DNA from: an uncultured Acidimicrobiaceae bacterium
GTDB taxonomy: Bacteria; Actinomycetota; Acidimicrobiia; Spongiisociales; UBA5794
Assembly: GCA_947259365.1 (NCBI GenBank)
Contig: CAMYMC010000021.1
Coordinates: 135,816-199,815 of the forward strand
DNA length: 64,000 bases
Direction: 5' to 3'
Part shown: one piece after another, positions 51,749-62,100 of the stretch
Numbering within the stretch: position 1 is the first letter of the stretch
Layout of the letters: every line of letters begins with the position of its first letter
Made by a program: the position numbers and the translations under genes
Notes under the pieces: generated by a model
What the model was told of the DNA's origin: nothing
The model's database searches: none
What the model saw: only the letters and a program-made list of their open reading frames with translations

Positions 51749-53185
51749 ATGAGCGACACCCCCGACCTCGCCACCGGCAACCTCGAAGCTCCGACCACCG
51801 AGGCCCCTCCCGAGAGCGCGGCGCAGCCCTCGCCGACCGCGAGACAGCGGCGAGAGGTCCACGACGCGTGGGTGGCGGGGACGGAGGAGCCCGCCTGGGT
51901 GCGCGAAGCGACGGACGAGGGCGCCCAGGAGCTGCTTCCGGAAGCGGACGACCCGGCGGCGTCGTCGCAGCGAGGCATCGTCGTCGCCGACGACTACGTC
52001 GTCGAGGACGACGTGGACGAGGAGGAGCGCCAGATCATCAACATGGGGCCGCAGCACCCGTCGACCCACGGTGTGCTCCGTCTCCATCTCGAGCTCGAAG
52101 GCGAGAAGATCCACCGGGTGAAGCCGATCATCGGTTACCTCCACACCGGCATGGAGAAGACGGCCGAGACGCTCACGTACCTCCAGGGCGGTACGAACGT
52201 CACGCGGATGGACTACCTGTCACCGTTCCACAACGAGCTCGTCTACTCGCTCGCCGTCGAGCAGCTCCTCGGCATCGACGTTCCGCCGCGCGCGGAAGCC
52301 ATCCGCATCCTCATGACCGAGCTCAACCGGATCGCCAGCCATCTCGTCTGGATCGCCACCCAGGGCATGGATGTCGGTGCGATCTCGATGATGCTCTACG
52401 GGTGGCGCGAGCGCGAGCTGTGCCTCGATTTCTTCGAGAAGGTGACCGGCCTGCGGATGAACCACAACTACGTCCGTCCGGGCGGTGTCGCCGCAGACCT
52501 ACCCGACGGTTGGGAGGACGACGTCGAGGTGATCCTCACGAGGATCCCCGCGGCGCTCGCCGAGTACGAGGAGATCCTCAACGCCAACCCGATCTTCCTC
52601 GACCGCACCCAGGGTGTCGGCGTCATCACCCCCGAGGAGTGCCGGGCGTTCGGCGTCACGGGGGCAAACGCCAGGGCCTCCGGTGTCGACTGGGACCTGC
52701 GCAAGGCCTTCCCCTACTCGGGCATCGACCGTTACGACTTCGACGTGCCGCTGGGCACGCACGGCGACGTCTACGACCGCTGGCTCGTTCGGCTCGAGGA
52801 GATCCGCCAGAGCCTGCGAATCGTCTCCCAGGTCCTCGCCACGATGCCCGCCGGCGACTACCGCACCGACGACCGGAAGGTCACGCCGCCGCCTCGCAAG
52901 CGCATCGACGAGTCGATGGAGGCGCTCATCCACCACTTCAAGCTCTTCACCGAGGGCTTCAAGGTGCCGGAGGGTGAGGTCTACCAAGCGGTGGAGTCAC
53001 CCCGGGGCGAGCTCGGCGTCTACCTCGTCTCCAACGGAGGGGCGCGGCCGTGGCGGCTCCACATGCGGACGCCGTCGTTCGCTCACGTCCAGGCGCTGCC
53101 GGTGATGATGACCGACTCGCTCGTCGCCGACATCGTGGCGACCCTCGCCTCGGTCGACCCGGTGCTCGGAGACGTCGACCGATGA
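51749..53185 (+). CDS. nuoD: NADH-quinone oxidoreductase subunit D (long acidic N-terminal extension)
   Basis: NMGPQHPSTHGVLRL occurs at about aa 98, with HTGMEKT and a C-terminal RTPSFAHVQAL...VLGDVDR. Confidence 0.9.
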   Translation: MSDTPDLATGNLEAPTTEAPPESAAQPSPTARQRREVHDAWVAGTEEPAWVREATDEGAQELLPEADDPAASSQRGIVVADDYVVEDDVDEEERQIINMGPQHPSTHGVLRLHLELEGEKIHRVKPIIGYLHTGMEKTAETLTYLQGGTNVTRMDYLSPFHNELVYSLAVEQLLGIDVPPRAEAIRILMTELNRIASHLVWIATQGMDVGAISMMLYGWRERELCLDFFEKVTGLRMNHNYVRPGGVAADLPDGWEDDVEVILTRIPAALAEYEEILNANPIFLDRTQGVGVITPEECRAFGVTGANARASGVDWDLRKAFPYSGIDRYDFDVPLGTHGDVYDRWLVRLEEIRQSLRIVSQVLATMPAGDYRTDDRKVTPPPRKRIDESMEALIHHFKLFTEGFKVPEGEVYQAVESPRGELGVYLVSNGGARPWRLHMRTPSFAHVQALPVMMTDSLVADIVATLASVDPVLGDVDR

Positions 53186-53817
53186 CGGCGGACACCCTGG
53201 CCGGTTGGAGCGCCGCAAATCGCCGGCGGGCAGAGGCGATGCTCGCTGCCTACCCGGACCGCCGGTCGGCAGTCATGCCGCTGCTGTACCTCGCCGCGAT
53301 GGAGCACGGCCACATCACCGAGGACGCGATGCGGGAAGTGGCGGCGCTCACCGGGATGACGCCGGCCCAGGTCCAGTCGGTTGCCAGCTTCTACACGATG
53401 TACAAGCGTGACGGCGTCGGCCGCTACCTCATCTCCGTGTGCACGTCGATCTCGTGCTTCCTCCTCGGCTCCGATGCGCTGCTCGCTGCCGTCGAGGAGG
53501 AGACGGGGACCGCCGGCGGCGAGTCGAGCGACGACGGCCTCTTCTCCGTCGAGCATGTCGAATGCATCGGCGCCTGCGGCGGCGCCCCGGCGCTGCAAGT
53601 CAACTACGAGCTCGTCGAAGGCGTCGCCCCCGACAAGGGAGCGGCCCTGTGCCGGTGGCTGCGCGACGCCGGGCCGGAGATCGTGCTCTCAGACGAGATG
53701 CAGCAGCTCTTCGGCGGCCGGCGGTCCTTCGATTGGGCGATCCGGGAGCACGAAGGCGCCGTCGCCCCGGTTCCTGCGTTCGCACCGTACGGGTCGTCCG
53801 GCGAGGAGGGGGCCTGA
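53182..53817 (+). CDS. nuoE: NADH-quinone oxidoreductase subunit E
   Basis: ATGA overlap with nuoD. The [2Fe-2S] ligands are in VCTSISC...ECIGACGGAP. Confidence 0.9.
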   Translation: MTADTLAGWSAANRRRAEAMLAAYPDRRSAVMPLLYLAAMEHGHITEDAMREVAALTGMTPAQVQSVASFYTMYKRDGVGRYLISVCTSISCFLLGSDALLAAVEEETGTAGGESSDDGLFSVEHVECIGACGGAPALQVNYELVEGVAPDKGAALCRWLRDAGPEIVLSDEMQQLFGGRRSFDWAIREHEGAVAPVPAFAPYGSSGEEGA

Positions 53818-55112
53818 TGGCGTCGGGGTTCCCGCCCATCCTCACGGGGCGCATGACCGAAGCGCCCGGGGACAGCCACACCATCGCCCGGTACGAGGCG
53901 ACCGGGGGCTACACCACGCTTCGCACCGCCCTCTCCGGGATGACGCCGGAGCAGGTCACGGAGCAGGTCAAGGCGTCGAACCTCCAGGGACGCGGCGGTG
54001 CTGCGTTCCCCACCGGCGTCAAGTGGGGGTTCCTCGCCCCGGCGACCCCGCGGTTTCTCGTCGTCAACGCCGACGAGTCCGAGCCGGGCACGTTCAAGGA
54101 CCGCCAGCTCCTCGAGCGCGACCCGCATCAGCTCATCGAGGGAACCGTGCTCTCCGCATACGCGCTGGCGGTGCATCACGCCTTCGTGTACGTCCGGGGG
54201 GAGTACCCGAAGCCGGCGCGGCGGCTCCAGCGCGCCATCGACGAGGCGTACGCGGCCGGCTTCCTCGGCTCCGACATCCTCGGCAGCGGGTTCGACCTCG
54301 ACCTCATGGTCCACCTCGGCGCGGGCGCCTACATCTGCGGTGAGGAGACGGCGCTGCTCAACAGCCTCGAGGGCAAGCGCGGCGAGCCCCGGATCAAGCC
54401 GCCGTTCCCCGCGGTCGAGGGCCTCTACTCACGTCCCACGATCGTCAACAACGTCGAGACGATCTCCAACGTGCCGTGGATCGTGGCCAACGGCGGGAGG
54501 GCGTACGCCTCGATCGGGGACCCGGCGTCGGCGGGCACTCGGTTGTTCTCCTTGTCGGGTCACGTGAAGAACCCGGGCAACTACGAGATCCCGATGGACC
54601 TGACCTGGCGGGAGCTGATCTACGACATCGGCGGCGGGATCCCGGAGGGGCGTGAGCTCAAGTGCTGGATCCCCGGCGGAGCATCGGCTCCGTGGTTCGT
54701 GCCGGCCGAGCATCTCGATACGCGCGTCACGAAGGACGACGTCGCCGAGAACGGCTCGATGCTGGGGTCCGGCGCCGTCGTCGTCATGGACGACACGACG
54801 AACGTCGTGGCGGCAGCGCACCGCATCGTGAGGTTCTTCGCCCACGAATCGTGCGGGCAGTGCACCCCGTGCCGTGAAGGCACGACGTGGCTCGAGCGCA
54901 TGTTGTGGAGGATCCTCCAGGGCCACGGCAGGCCCCAGGACCTCGACATGCTCATGGACGTGTCGGACAACATCAGCCCGGGCCTCACCTGGCCACCGGC
55001 GATGACCACGATCTGTCCGCTCGGGCCGTCTGCGGTGTCGCCGATCACGTCGATCATGAAGTACTTCCGCGACGAGGTCGAGGAGATGCTCGCGGCGGGA
55101 GTGACGACGTGA
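53817..55112 (+). CDS. nuoF: NADH-quinone oxidoreductase subunit F
   Basis: GRGGAAFPTGVKW, NADESEPGTFKDR, YICGEETALLNSLEG and ESCGQCTPCREG. Confidence 0.93.
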   Translation: MASGFPPILTGRMTEAPGDSHTIARYEATGGYTTLRTALSGMTPEQVTEQVKASNLQGRGGAAFPTGVKWGFLAPATPRFLVVNADESEPGTFKDRQLLERDPHQLIEGTVLSAYALAVHHAFVYVRGEYPKPARRLQRAIDEAYAAGFLGSDILGSGFDLDLMVHLGAGAYICGEETALLNSLEGKRGEPRIKPPFPAVEGLYSRPTIVNNVETISNVPWIVANGGRAYASIGDPASAGTRLFSLSGHVKNPGNYEIPMDLTWRELIYDIGGGIPEGRELKCWIPGGASAPWFVPAEHLDTRVTKDDVAENGSMLGSGAVVVMDDTTNVVAAAHRIVRFFAHESCGQCTPCREGTTWLERMLWRILQGHGRPQDLDMLMDVSDNISPGLTWPPAMTTICPLGPSAVSPITSIMKYFRDEVEEMLAAGVTT

Positions 55113-57562
55113 CCGCGGAGACGGGGGACAGGGTCACGATCACCATCGACGGCCGAGAGCACGCCGCGGAGCCGGGAGCGCTGCTCATCAAGGCCGCGGA
55201 GGAGGCCGGCACCTACATCCCCCGGTTCTGCTGGCACCCGAGGATGAAGCCGGTCGGAATGTGCCGGATGTGCCTCGTCGAGGTCGAGACGCCGCGAGGG
55301 CGGATGCTGACGACTGCGTGCACGATGCCGGTGGCCGAGGGCCTCGTCGTCGACACGAAGTCGGCCGTCGTCGAGAAGGCACAGGAGGGCGTGCTCGAGT
55401 TCCTGCTCATCAACCACCCCCTCGATTGCCCGGTCTGCGACAAGGGCGGGGAATGCCCGCTCCAGGACCAGACGATGTCGTACGGGCCGGGGGAGAGCCG
55501 CTTCGTCGAGGAGAAGCGCCACTACGAGAAGCCCATCCCGATCTCGGACCTCGTCCTCCTCGACCGGGAGCGGTGCATCCTCTGTGCCCGCTGCACCCGC
55601 TTCTCCGACGAGATCTCCGGCGATCCGCTCATCGAGTTCAAGGACCGCGGCAACCTCACCCAGGTCATCACCTTCCCCGACGAGGCGTTCTCGTCCTACT
55701 TCTCCGGCAACACGGTCGAGATCTGCCCCGTCGGCGCGCTCACCGCCAAGCCGTACCGCTTCCGCGCCCGGCCCTGGGACCTCGAAGCCGTCGAGAGCGT
55801 CTCGATGGTCGACTCGTTCGGCTCGCGGGTGTCGGTGCAGGCGAGCCAGAACGAGGTGCTCCGCATCAACGGCGTCGACAACGATCCGACGAACCAGGGA
55901 TGGCTCTCCGACAAGGATCGGTTCGTCTTCGAGGCGATCAACTCCGAGCACCGGCTCACGACGCCGCTCGTCAAGGAGAACGGCGAGTTCCGCGAGGCGC
56001 AATGGAGCGAGGCGCTCGAGCTCATCGCCGAGCGGCTCGGGTCGGTGCGCGGCGACGAGGTCGCCGGTCTCGGCGGCGCTCGGTCCACCAACGAGGAGGC
56101 CTTCGCGTTCGGCAAGTTCCTCCGCACCGTCGTCGTCACGCCCCACCTCGACGCCCAGCTCGACGACGGACTCGACCCGCGATTCCTCGCCGGCACCGTG
56201 GCCCGGGCCACGGTCTCCGACCTGGAGGAGGCGGCGACGATCCTCGTGTGGGCCGCCGACCTGAAGGAGGAGCTCCCGGTGCTGTACCTGCGGGTGCGGC
56301 GGGCCGCCACCGAGCTCGGCGCCTCGGTCGTCGTCGTCCATCCCCGCCGGACCGGGCTCGACGACGTCGCCGCGGTCAAGCTCACGTACCGTCCCGGCGA
56401 CGGCGCCGACCTGCTCGGTTCGCTGCGCTCGAAGCGACGCGCTCGCGCCGAAGTGACGGCTGCCCGCGCCGCCCTGAAGGACGGCCCCGTCGTGGCCATC
56501 GTGGGGCGGACGTCGGCGGCGGAGCGCCCCGGGCTCGCCGAGGCCGTCGCCGCGTTCGCCCGGGATCTCCCCGGGGCGAAGATCCTCCCCGTGGCCAGGC
56601 GCGCCAACGTCTTCGGTGCGCTCGACATGGGCCTGTCGCCGGAGCTGCTGCCCGGTCGGGTCCCGGCAGCGAGCGCGCAGGGCCGGTCCGCACTCGAGGA
56701 GGCGTGGGGCCCGATCCCGGAGCCGGGCGGTCGAAGCGCGACGCCGATCCTCGAGGGTCTCCGCGACGGGGCGGTGAGCTCCCTCGTGCTCCTCGGGTGC
56801 GATCCAGCGCGCGATCACCCTCGGCCGATCCTCGCCCGCCAGGCGCTCGAGAACGCCGGCTTCGTCGTCGCCCTCGACCTGTTCCTGAGCGACACGGCGC
56901 AGCTCGCCGATGTCGTCCTTCCCCTCGAGGGATTCGCCGAGACCGAGGGGACCGTCACCAATCTCGAGGGCAGGGTCCAGAAGGTCAACCGCATCATTCC
57001 CGGACCCGGTCGCTCCCGACCCGCCTGGTCGGTCCTCGGCGACCTGTCCCGGCGCATGGGAGGCGATCTCGGTGCCCCCTCTGCCGAGGTCCTCATGGAA
57101 GAGATCGCGACCGTGGCACCGGCCTATCGCGGCTTGAGCTGGGACCGGCTCGAATGGGGGGACGGCCGGGAAGGGCTCGTCGTCCCGACGGGGGACGGTG
57201 AACAGCCGCTCCAGCACGTCCCGGACGCGGCGGCGCTCGACGGAGCCGGTGACGGCTGGGCGCTCCACGCCGGTCGGGTCCTCTACGACGACGGTGTGCT
57301 CACCAGGATGAGCCCATCCCTTGCCGCCCTCGCTCCCCGTGCCGCCGCGTACCTCGGTCCGGCCGATGCCGGAAAGGTGGGCGTCGAGGCGGGGGAGGAA
57401 GTGATCCTCCGTGGCCCCTACGGCGCGGTGGCGTTGCCGGTCGGCATCGACCCCACGCTCGCCGGGGGCACCGTGTACGTCCCCGCCAACCTCCCTGCCA
57501 CGGCGGCCCTGGGCGCCCCGTCACACGTCGAGATCGAGCGTCTGGAAGGCGGTGGGTCGTGA
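55109..57562 (+). CDS. nuoG: NADH-quinone oxidoreductase subunit G
   Basis: GTGA overlap with nuoF. Sequence includes IPRFCWHP, CRMCLVEV, HPLDCPVCDKGGECPLQ and CILCARCTRF. Confidence 0.92.
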   Translation: MTAETGDRVTITIDGREHAAEPGALLIKAAEEAGTYIPRFCWHPRMKPVGMCRMCLVEVETPRGRMLTTACTMPVAEGLVVDTKSAVVEKAQEGVLEFLLINHPLDCPVCDKGGECPLQDQTMSYGPGESRFVEEKRHYEKPIPISDLVLLDRERCILCARCTRFSDEISGDPLIEFKDRGNLTQVITFPDEAFSSYFSGNTVEICPVGALTAKPYRFRARPWDLEAVESVSMVDSFGSRVSVQASQNEVLRINGVDNDPTNQGWLSDKDRFVFEAINSEHRLTTPLVKENGEFREAQWSEALELIAERLGSVRGDEVAGLGGARSTNEEAFAFGKFLRTVVVTPHLDAQLDDGLDPRFLAGTVARATVSDLEEAATILVWAADLKEELPVLYLRVRRAATELGASVVVVHPRRTGLDDVAAVKLTYRPGDGADLLGSLRSKRRARAEVTAARAALKDGPVVAIVGRTSAAERPGLAEAVAAFARDLPGAKILPVARRANVFGALDMGLSPELLPGRVPAASAQGRSALEEAWGPIPEPGGRSATPILEGLRDGAVSSLVLLGCDPARDHPRPILARQALENAGFVVALDLFLSDTAQLADVVLPLEGFAETEGTVTNLEGRVQKVNRIIPGPGRSRPAWSVLGDLSRRMGGDLGAPSAEVLMEEIATVAPAYRGLSWDRLEWGDGREGLVVPTGDGEQPLQHVPDAAALDGAGDGWALHAGRVLYDDGVLTRMSPSLAALAPRAAAYLGPADAGKVGVEAGEEVILRGPYGAVALPVGIDPTLAGGTVYVPANLPATAALGAPSHVEIERLEGGGS

Positions 57563-58611
57563 CGGGCTGGGAGACGCTCCTCACGGCTGCGATCAAGGTC
57601 GCCGTCGCGTTTGCGCTCCTCCTCAGCCTGACGATCGTCCTCGTCTGGTTCGAGCGAAAGATCGTGGCCGACATGCAGAACCGCCTCGGCCCGACGAGGG
57701 CGGGGCCCTACGGGATGCTGCAGACGGTGGCCGACGGGGTGAAGCTGCTCTTCAAGGAGTCGGTCACGCCCCGCCGCGTCGAGTTCGCCCTCTATATCGC
57801 GGCACCCATCGCCGCGCTCGTCCCTGCATTGCTCATCTTCCTCGTCATTCCGATCGGGCGGCCCTTCACGCTGGGGGATCGGGTGATCGATCTGGCCGGC
57901 ACCGACCTCAACGTGGCCGTGCTGTACGTGCTCGCCCTCTCCTCGCTCGCGGTGTACGCCGTCGTGCTCGCCGGCTGGTCCTCCGGCTCGAAGTACCCGC
58001 TGCTGGGCGCGGTCCGGGCGTCGGCGCAGATGATCTCGTACGAGGCGGCGATGGGGCTTGCGCTCGTGCCCGTCATCCTCTTCACCGGCACGACGTCGAT
58101 CCGCGCCATCGTCGACGCCCAGGCCGGCGAGTTTCTCTCCTTCCTCGGGATCTGGAACATCGTGCTGGTCCCGTCGTTCCTGATCTTCTTCATCGCCGGG
58201 GTCGCCGAGACGAACCGGGCCCCATTCGACCTCGTCGAGGCCGAGTCCGAGATCGTCGGCGGCTACCACACCGAGTATTCGGGGTTCCGCTTCGCCCTCT
58301 TCTTCCTCGCCGAGTACATCAACATCTTCAACATCTCGGCGCTGACGACGACGCTGTTCCTCGGTGGCTGGCACGGGCCCACCTTCGGCGCCCCGGAGTG
58401 GCTGGCATGGGTGTTCCCCATCGTCTGGTTCTTCGTCAAGACCGTCGCGCTCGTCTTCGTGTTCGTGTGGATCCGGGCGTCCTTGCCGCGGATGCGGTAC
58501 GACCAGCTCATGCAGTTCGGCTGGAAGCGACTCATCCCGCTCACCCTCGTCTGGATCATCCTGTCCACGGTGGCGATCGGATTCCGCCGGTTCGGGGCGC
58601 CGTGGGGATGA
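57559..58611 (+). CDS. nuoH: NADH-quinone oxidoreductase subunit H
   Basis: ERKIVADMQNRLGP, PFDLVEAESEIVGGYHTEYSG and RASLPRMRYDQLM. Confidence 0.93.
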   Translation: MTGWETLLTAAIKVAVAFALLLSLTIVLVWFERKIVADMQNRLGPTRAGPYGMLQTVADGVKLLFKESVTPRRVEFALYIAAPIAALVPALLIFLVIPIGRPFTLGDRVIDLAGTDLNVAVLYVLALSSLAVYAVVLAGWSSGSKYPLLGAVRASAQMISYEAAMGLALVPVILFTGTTSIRAIVDAQAGEFLSFLGIWNIVLVPSFLIFFIAGVAETNRAPFDLVEAESEIVGGYHTEYSGFRFALFFLAEYINIFNISALTTTLFLGGWHGPTFGAPEWLAWVFPIVWFFVKTVALVFVFVWIRASLPRMRYDQLMQFGWKRLIPLTLVWIILSTVAIGFRRFGAPWG

Positions 58612-58621
58612 GGAGGGTGTG

Positions 58622-59332
58622 ATGGGAGCGTGGCAGGACTTCAGGAAGGCTTTCGGAGGCTTCTTCGTCACGGCCCGCCAGATGGTCCGCACCGTGCGCG
58701 GCGACGGTCTCGTCACGACGCAATATCCGCAGGAGAAACGCGTCAAGCCGCAGCGATTCCACGGCCGCCACGTCCTCAACCGCTACCCCGACGGAATGGA
58801 GAAGTGCATCGGGTGTGAGCTGTGCGCAGGCGTGTGCCCCGCCCGGTGCATCTACGTGCGCGGCGCCGACAACCCGCCCGATGAGCCGGTCAGCCCGGGG
58901 GAACGGTTCGGGTTCGTCTATGAGATCAACATGCTGCGTTGCATCTTCTGTGGGCTGTGCGTCGAGGCCTGTCCCACCGAGGCGATCACGATGACCAGCC
59001 TGTTCGAGTTCTCCGTCACCGACCGCGACGACGCCATCTACACGAAGCGGGAGCTGCTCGTCGGCGAGGACGGCACGCCAAACCACCCCCAGGACCCCAA
59101 CCGGCTCATCGACCTCGCCGAGCTCGAACTGGCCGACGGGTGGATGCGGGCGACGTCGCCATCCGGCCGCGCCGCCTACGAAGGGGTGGTGGCGTGGACC
59201 CCGTCTGCGGGTGTGGGCCTACGGCCGCCCGAAGCGGGACAGGGCGAAGCCGAGGCTGTCGGATCCGGGAGCGGCGCCGGCGCGGCGCAGCGTGAGGAGG
59301 CCGGCGACGAGTCGGGAGATGCGCCGGCATGA
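58622..59332 (+). CDS. nuoI: NADH-quinone oxidoreductase subunit I (C-terminal extension)
   Basis: CIGCELCAGVCP and CIFCGLCVEACP. AGGAGGG lies upstream of the ATG. Confidence 0.9.
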   Translation: MGAWQDFRKAFGGFFVTARQMVRTVRGDGLVTTQYPQEKRVKPQRFHGRHVLNRYPDGMEKCIGCELCAGVCPARCIYVRGADNPPDEPVSPGERFGFVYEINMLRCIFCGLCVEACPTEAITMTSLFEFSVTDRDDAIYTKRELLVGEDGTPNHPQDPNRLIDLAELELADGWMRATSPSGRAAYEGVVAWTPSAGVGLRPPEAGQGEAEAVGSGSGAGAAQREEAGDESGDAPA

Positions 59333-59907
59333 CCGCCGAGACCGTCGTCTTCGTGATCTTCGCGCTGGCGGCGCTGGCGGGCGCACTCACGATGGTGACG
59401 GCACGCAATCCCGTCTACTCGGCGATGGGACTGCTCACCACGATGTTCTCGATCGCCGTCTTCTTCGTGCTCAATGACGCCCATTTCGTCGCCGCGGTGC
59501 ACGTCCTCATCTACGCCGGGGCCGTGATGACGCTCTTCTTGTTCGTCATCATGCTCATCGGCGTCGACAAGGCGGAGGACATCCGGGAGTCGATCCCGTT
59601 CCAACGCCCGATGGCGGTCGTGCTCGGCGCCGGGCTGTTCGTGCTCGTGCTCGTCGCCGGAAGGGCTTCATGGGTGACGGGGACGCGGGCCGTGGAGGAA
59701 GGCGGTGCGCTCGGGACGATCGAGAACGTCGCCGACGAGCTCTTCGGCGTGTGGCTGCTCCCATTCGAGGCGACCGTCCTTCTCCTCACGATCGCCGCCG
59801 TCGGGACGATCGCCCTCGCCCAGTTCCTGGACAAGCCCCGGGAGCTCGCGGCCGCCCGCGAGGCGGAGATCGCTCCGGGGCACGAAGACGAGGAGCGCGC
59901 CGAATGA
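59329..59907 (+). CDS. nuoJ: NADH-quinone oxidoreductase subunit J
   Basis: 192-aa hydrophobic protein. [11 protein letters not shown] and [14 protein letters not shown]. Confidence 0.88.
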   Translation: MTAETVVFVIFALAALAGALTMVTARNPVYSAMGLLTTMFSIAVFFVLNDAHFVAAVHVLIYAGAVMTLFLFVIMLIGVDKAEDIRESIPFQRPMAVVLGAGLFVLVLVAGRASWVTGTRAVEEGGALGTIENVADELFGVWLLPFEATVLLLTIAAVGTIALAQFLDKPRELAAAREAEIAPGHEDEERAE

Positions 59908-60209
59908 CGGTGACGGCCGGCTGGTACATGGCGCTGGCTGCTTCGCTGTTCACGATCGGCGCCGCCGGCCTGTTGCTGCGCCGAAACGCCCTCGTCATGT
60001 TCATGTCGATCGAGCTCATGCTCAACAGTGTGAACCTCACGTTCGTGGCCGCCGGGCGCGAGCTCGGCGTGCTCGAGGGCCAGCTCTCCGTCCTGTTCGT
60101 GATGGTGGTCGCCGCGGCCGAGGTGACCGTCGGCCTCGCCATCATCGTCGCCGTCTTCCGCAACCGGGCAACGGCCAGCGTCGACGAGCTCACCGGGTTG
60201 AGGGGATAG
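59904..60209 (+). CDS. nuoK: NADH-quinone oxidoreductase subunit K
   Basis: 101 aa. ATGA overlap with nuo[12 protein letters not shown] and [11 protein letters not shown]. Confidence 0.9.
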   Translation: MTVTAGWYMALAASLFTIGAAGLLLRRNALVMFMSIELMLNSVNLTFVAAGRELGVLEGQLSVLFVMVVAAAEVTVGLAIIVAVFRNRATASVDELTGLRG

Positions 60210-60213
60210 CGCC

Positions 60214-62100
60214 GTGGGTTACCTGTGGCTCGTCATCGCCCTCCCGCTCGCAGGAGCGGTGACGCTGCTCCTCTTCGGCAAGCGGATCGGGGAGCCGGGG
60301 GCGGGCACGCTCGCCAGCTCGCTCGTCGGTGCGGCGTTCCTCATCGCCCTCGTCGGCTCGTACGACTTCATCACCGGCAGCGGCCACGCCGAGGTGGTGT
60401 CCGGGTTCGCCTGGATCCCCGGGCTCGGCATCGAGCTGGCGCTGCTGTGGGATCCGCTGTCGTCGATGATGACCCTCGTCGTCACCGGCGTCGGTGCGCT
60501 CATCCACGTCTACGCCATCGGGTACATGCACGGCGACCCGAGGTACGGGCGGTTCTTCACGTACCTCAACCTCTTCATCGCCTCGATGCTCATCCTCGTC
60601 CTCGGCGAGTCGTTCGGCGTGCTCTTCATCGGCTGGGAGCTGGTCGGGCTCTCGTCATACCTGCTCATCTCCTTCTGGTTCGAGAAGCCGTCGGCGGCCG
60701 CCGCCGGCAAGAAGGCGTTCGTCGTCAACCGCATCGGCGACTTCGGGTTCCTCATCGCGCTGATGGTCATCTTCGCCGAGGTGGGGTCGCTCTCGTACGG
60801 CACCGTGTTCGAGGAGGCGGCAGAGGTCATGACGACGGGCACCGCGACCCTCGTCACGCTGCTCCTGCTCGTCGGCGCCGCCGGCAAGTCGGCCCAGCTG
60901 CCCCTCTACGTGTGGCTTCCCGACGCGATGGAGGGCCCGACGCCGGTCTCAGCCCTCATCCACGCGGCGACGATGGTCACCGCCGGCGTGTACATGGTGG
61001 CGAGGACCGGCGCCCTCTTCGAGCTTGCCCCGTTCTCCGCGGGCACCGTGGCGACGGTCGGCGCCGTCACTGCGCTCTACGCGGCCACGATCGCCATCGG
61101 CCAGCGGGACATCAAGCGGGTGCTCGCCTACTCGACGATCAGCCAGCTCGGGTACATGTTCATGGGGGTCGGTGCCGCCGCCTACGTCGCCGGCATGTTC
61201 CATCTCGTCACCCACGCGTTCTTCAAGGCGCTGCTGTTCTTGGGAGCCGGCTCCGTCATCCACGCCATGTCCGGCGAGCAGGACATGTGGAAGATGGGAG
61301 GGCTGCGCCGGCTCATGCCGACGACGTTCGCGACGATGGTCATCGCCTGGCTGGCCATCTCCGGCATCCCGCCGCTGAGCGGTTTCTTCTCCAAGGACGA
61401 GATCCTCGCCGTGACCTTCGACAAGGGCGGGTGGTTCGTCGTGCTGTGGGTCGTCGGCATCGCGACCGCGGCCCTCACCGCGTTCTACATGACCCGGCTC
61501 ATGCTGTTGACGTTCTGGGGTGAGCCGCGGTGGGACGAGGGCGTTGCCCCGCACGAGTCGCCCCGGGTCATGACGGCGCCGCTCATCGCCCTCGGTGCCC
61601 TCGCCGCCGTCGGCGGTTTCCTCAATACGCCGTTCCGGCTCGGCCGGCTCGGTGCCGGACTCGAGCACTTCCTCGAGCCCGCCTTCGAGGCGGTCGAGCA
61701 GGCGCACCTGCCCGCTGCCGGCACGCAGTGGCTCCTCGCCCTCGTCTCGGTCGCCGCCGCCGTCGCCGGGATCTGGTACGGGTGGCGACGGTACGTCGAG
61801 CGTGAGCTTCCCGCCGAAGAGGGTGGAGTCTGGGACAGCCTGCTCGCCGGGTACCGCGTCGACGATCTCTACGGGCGTGCGCTGGTGCTGCCCGGCAAGA
61901 AGCTGTCGGAGGCGGCCGCGTTCACGGCCGACATGAAGGTCGTCGACGGTGCCGTGAACGGGGTCGGTGCGCTGGTGACCCGGTTGGCGGCGTGGCTGCG
62001 CCCGATCCAGAACGGTCTCGCCCGCAGCTACGGCGTCGGCATCCTCGCCGGAGCCGTCGCGCTCGTCGTGTGGCTCCTCGCATCCGGGGGAGGCTCGTAG
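60214..62100 (+). CDS. nuoL: NADH-quinone oxidoreductase subunit L
   Basis: 628 aa. WELVGLSSYLLI, GAAGKSAQLPLYVWLPDAMEGPTPVSALIHAATMVTAG. Confidence 0.93.
   Translation: MGYLWLVIALPLAGAVTLLLFGKRIGEPGAGTLASSLVGAAFLIALVGSYDFITGSGHAEVVSGFAWIPGLGIELALLWDPLSSMMTLVVTGVGALIHVYAIGYMHGDPRYGRFFTYLNLFIASMLILVLGESFGVLFIGWELVGLSSYLLISFWFEKPSAAAAGKKAFVVNRIGDFGFLIALMVIFAEVGSLSYGTVFEEAAEVMTTGTATLVTLLLLVGAAGKSAQLPLYVWLPDAMEGPTPVSALIHAATMVTAGVYMVARTGALFELAPFSAGTVATVGAVTALYAATIAIGQRDIKRVLAYSTISQLGYMFMGVGAAAYVAGMFHLVTHAFFKALLFLGAGSVIHAMSGEQDMWKMGGLRRLMPTTFATMVIAWLAISGIPPLSGFFSKDEILAVTFDKGGWFVVLWVVGIATAALTAFYMTRLMLLTFWGEPRWDEGVAPHESPRVMTAPLIALGALAAVGGFLNTPFRLGRLGAGLEHFLEPAFEAVEQAHLPAAGTQWLLALVSVAAAVAGIWYGWRRYVERELPAEEGGVWDSLLAGYRVDDLYGRALVLPGKKLSEAAAFTADMKVVDGAVNGVGALVTRLAAWLRPIQNGLARSYGVGILAGAVALVVWLLASGGGS

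Noticed and set aside
54620-57268. 882-aa minus-strand ORF across nuoF/nuoG, and similar long ORFs at 38609..40447, 44511..46373, 32473..33903 and 33648..35054
   Set aside because: All lie antisense to genes with clear motifs. Their composition is typical of GC-rich shadow frames.
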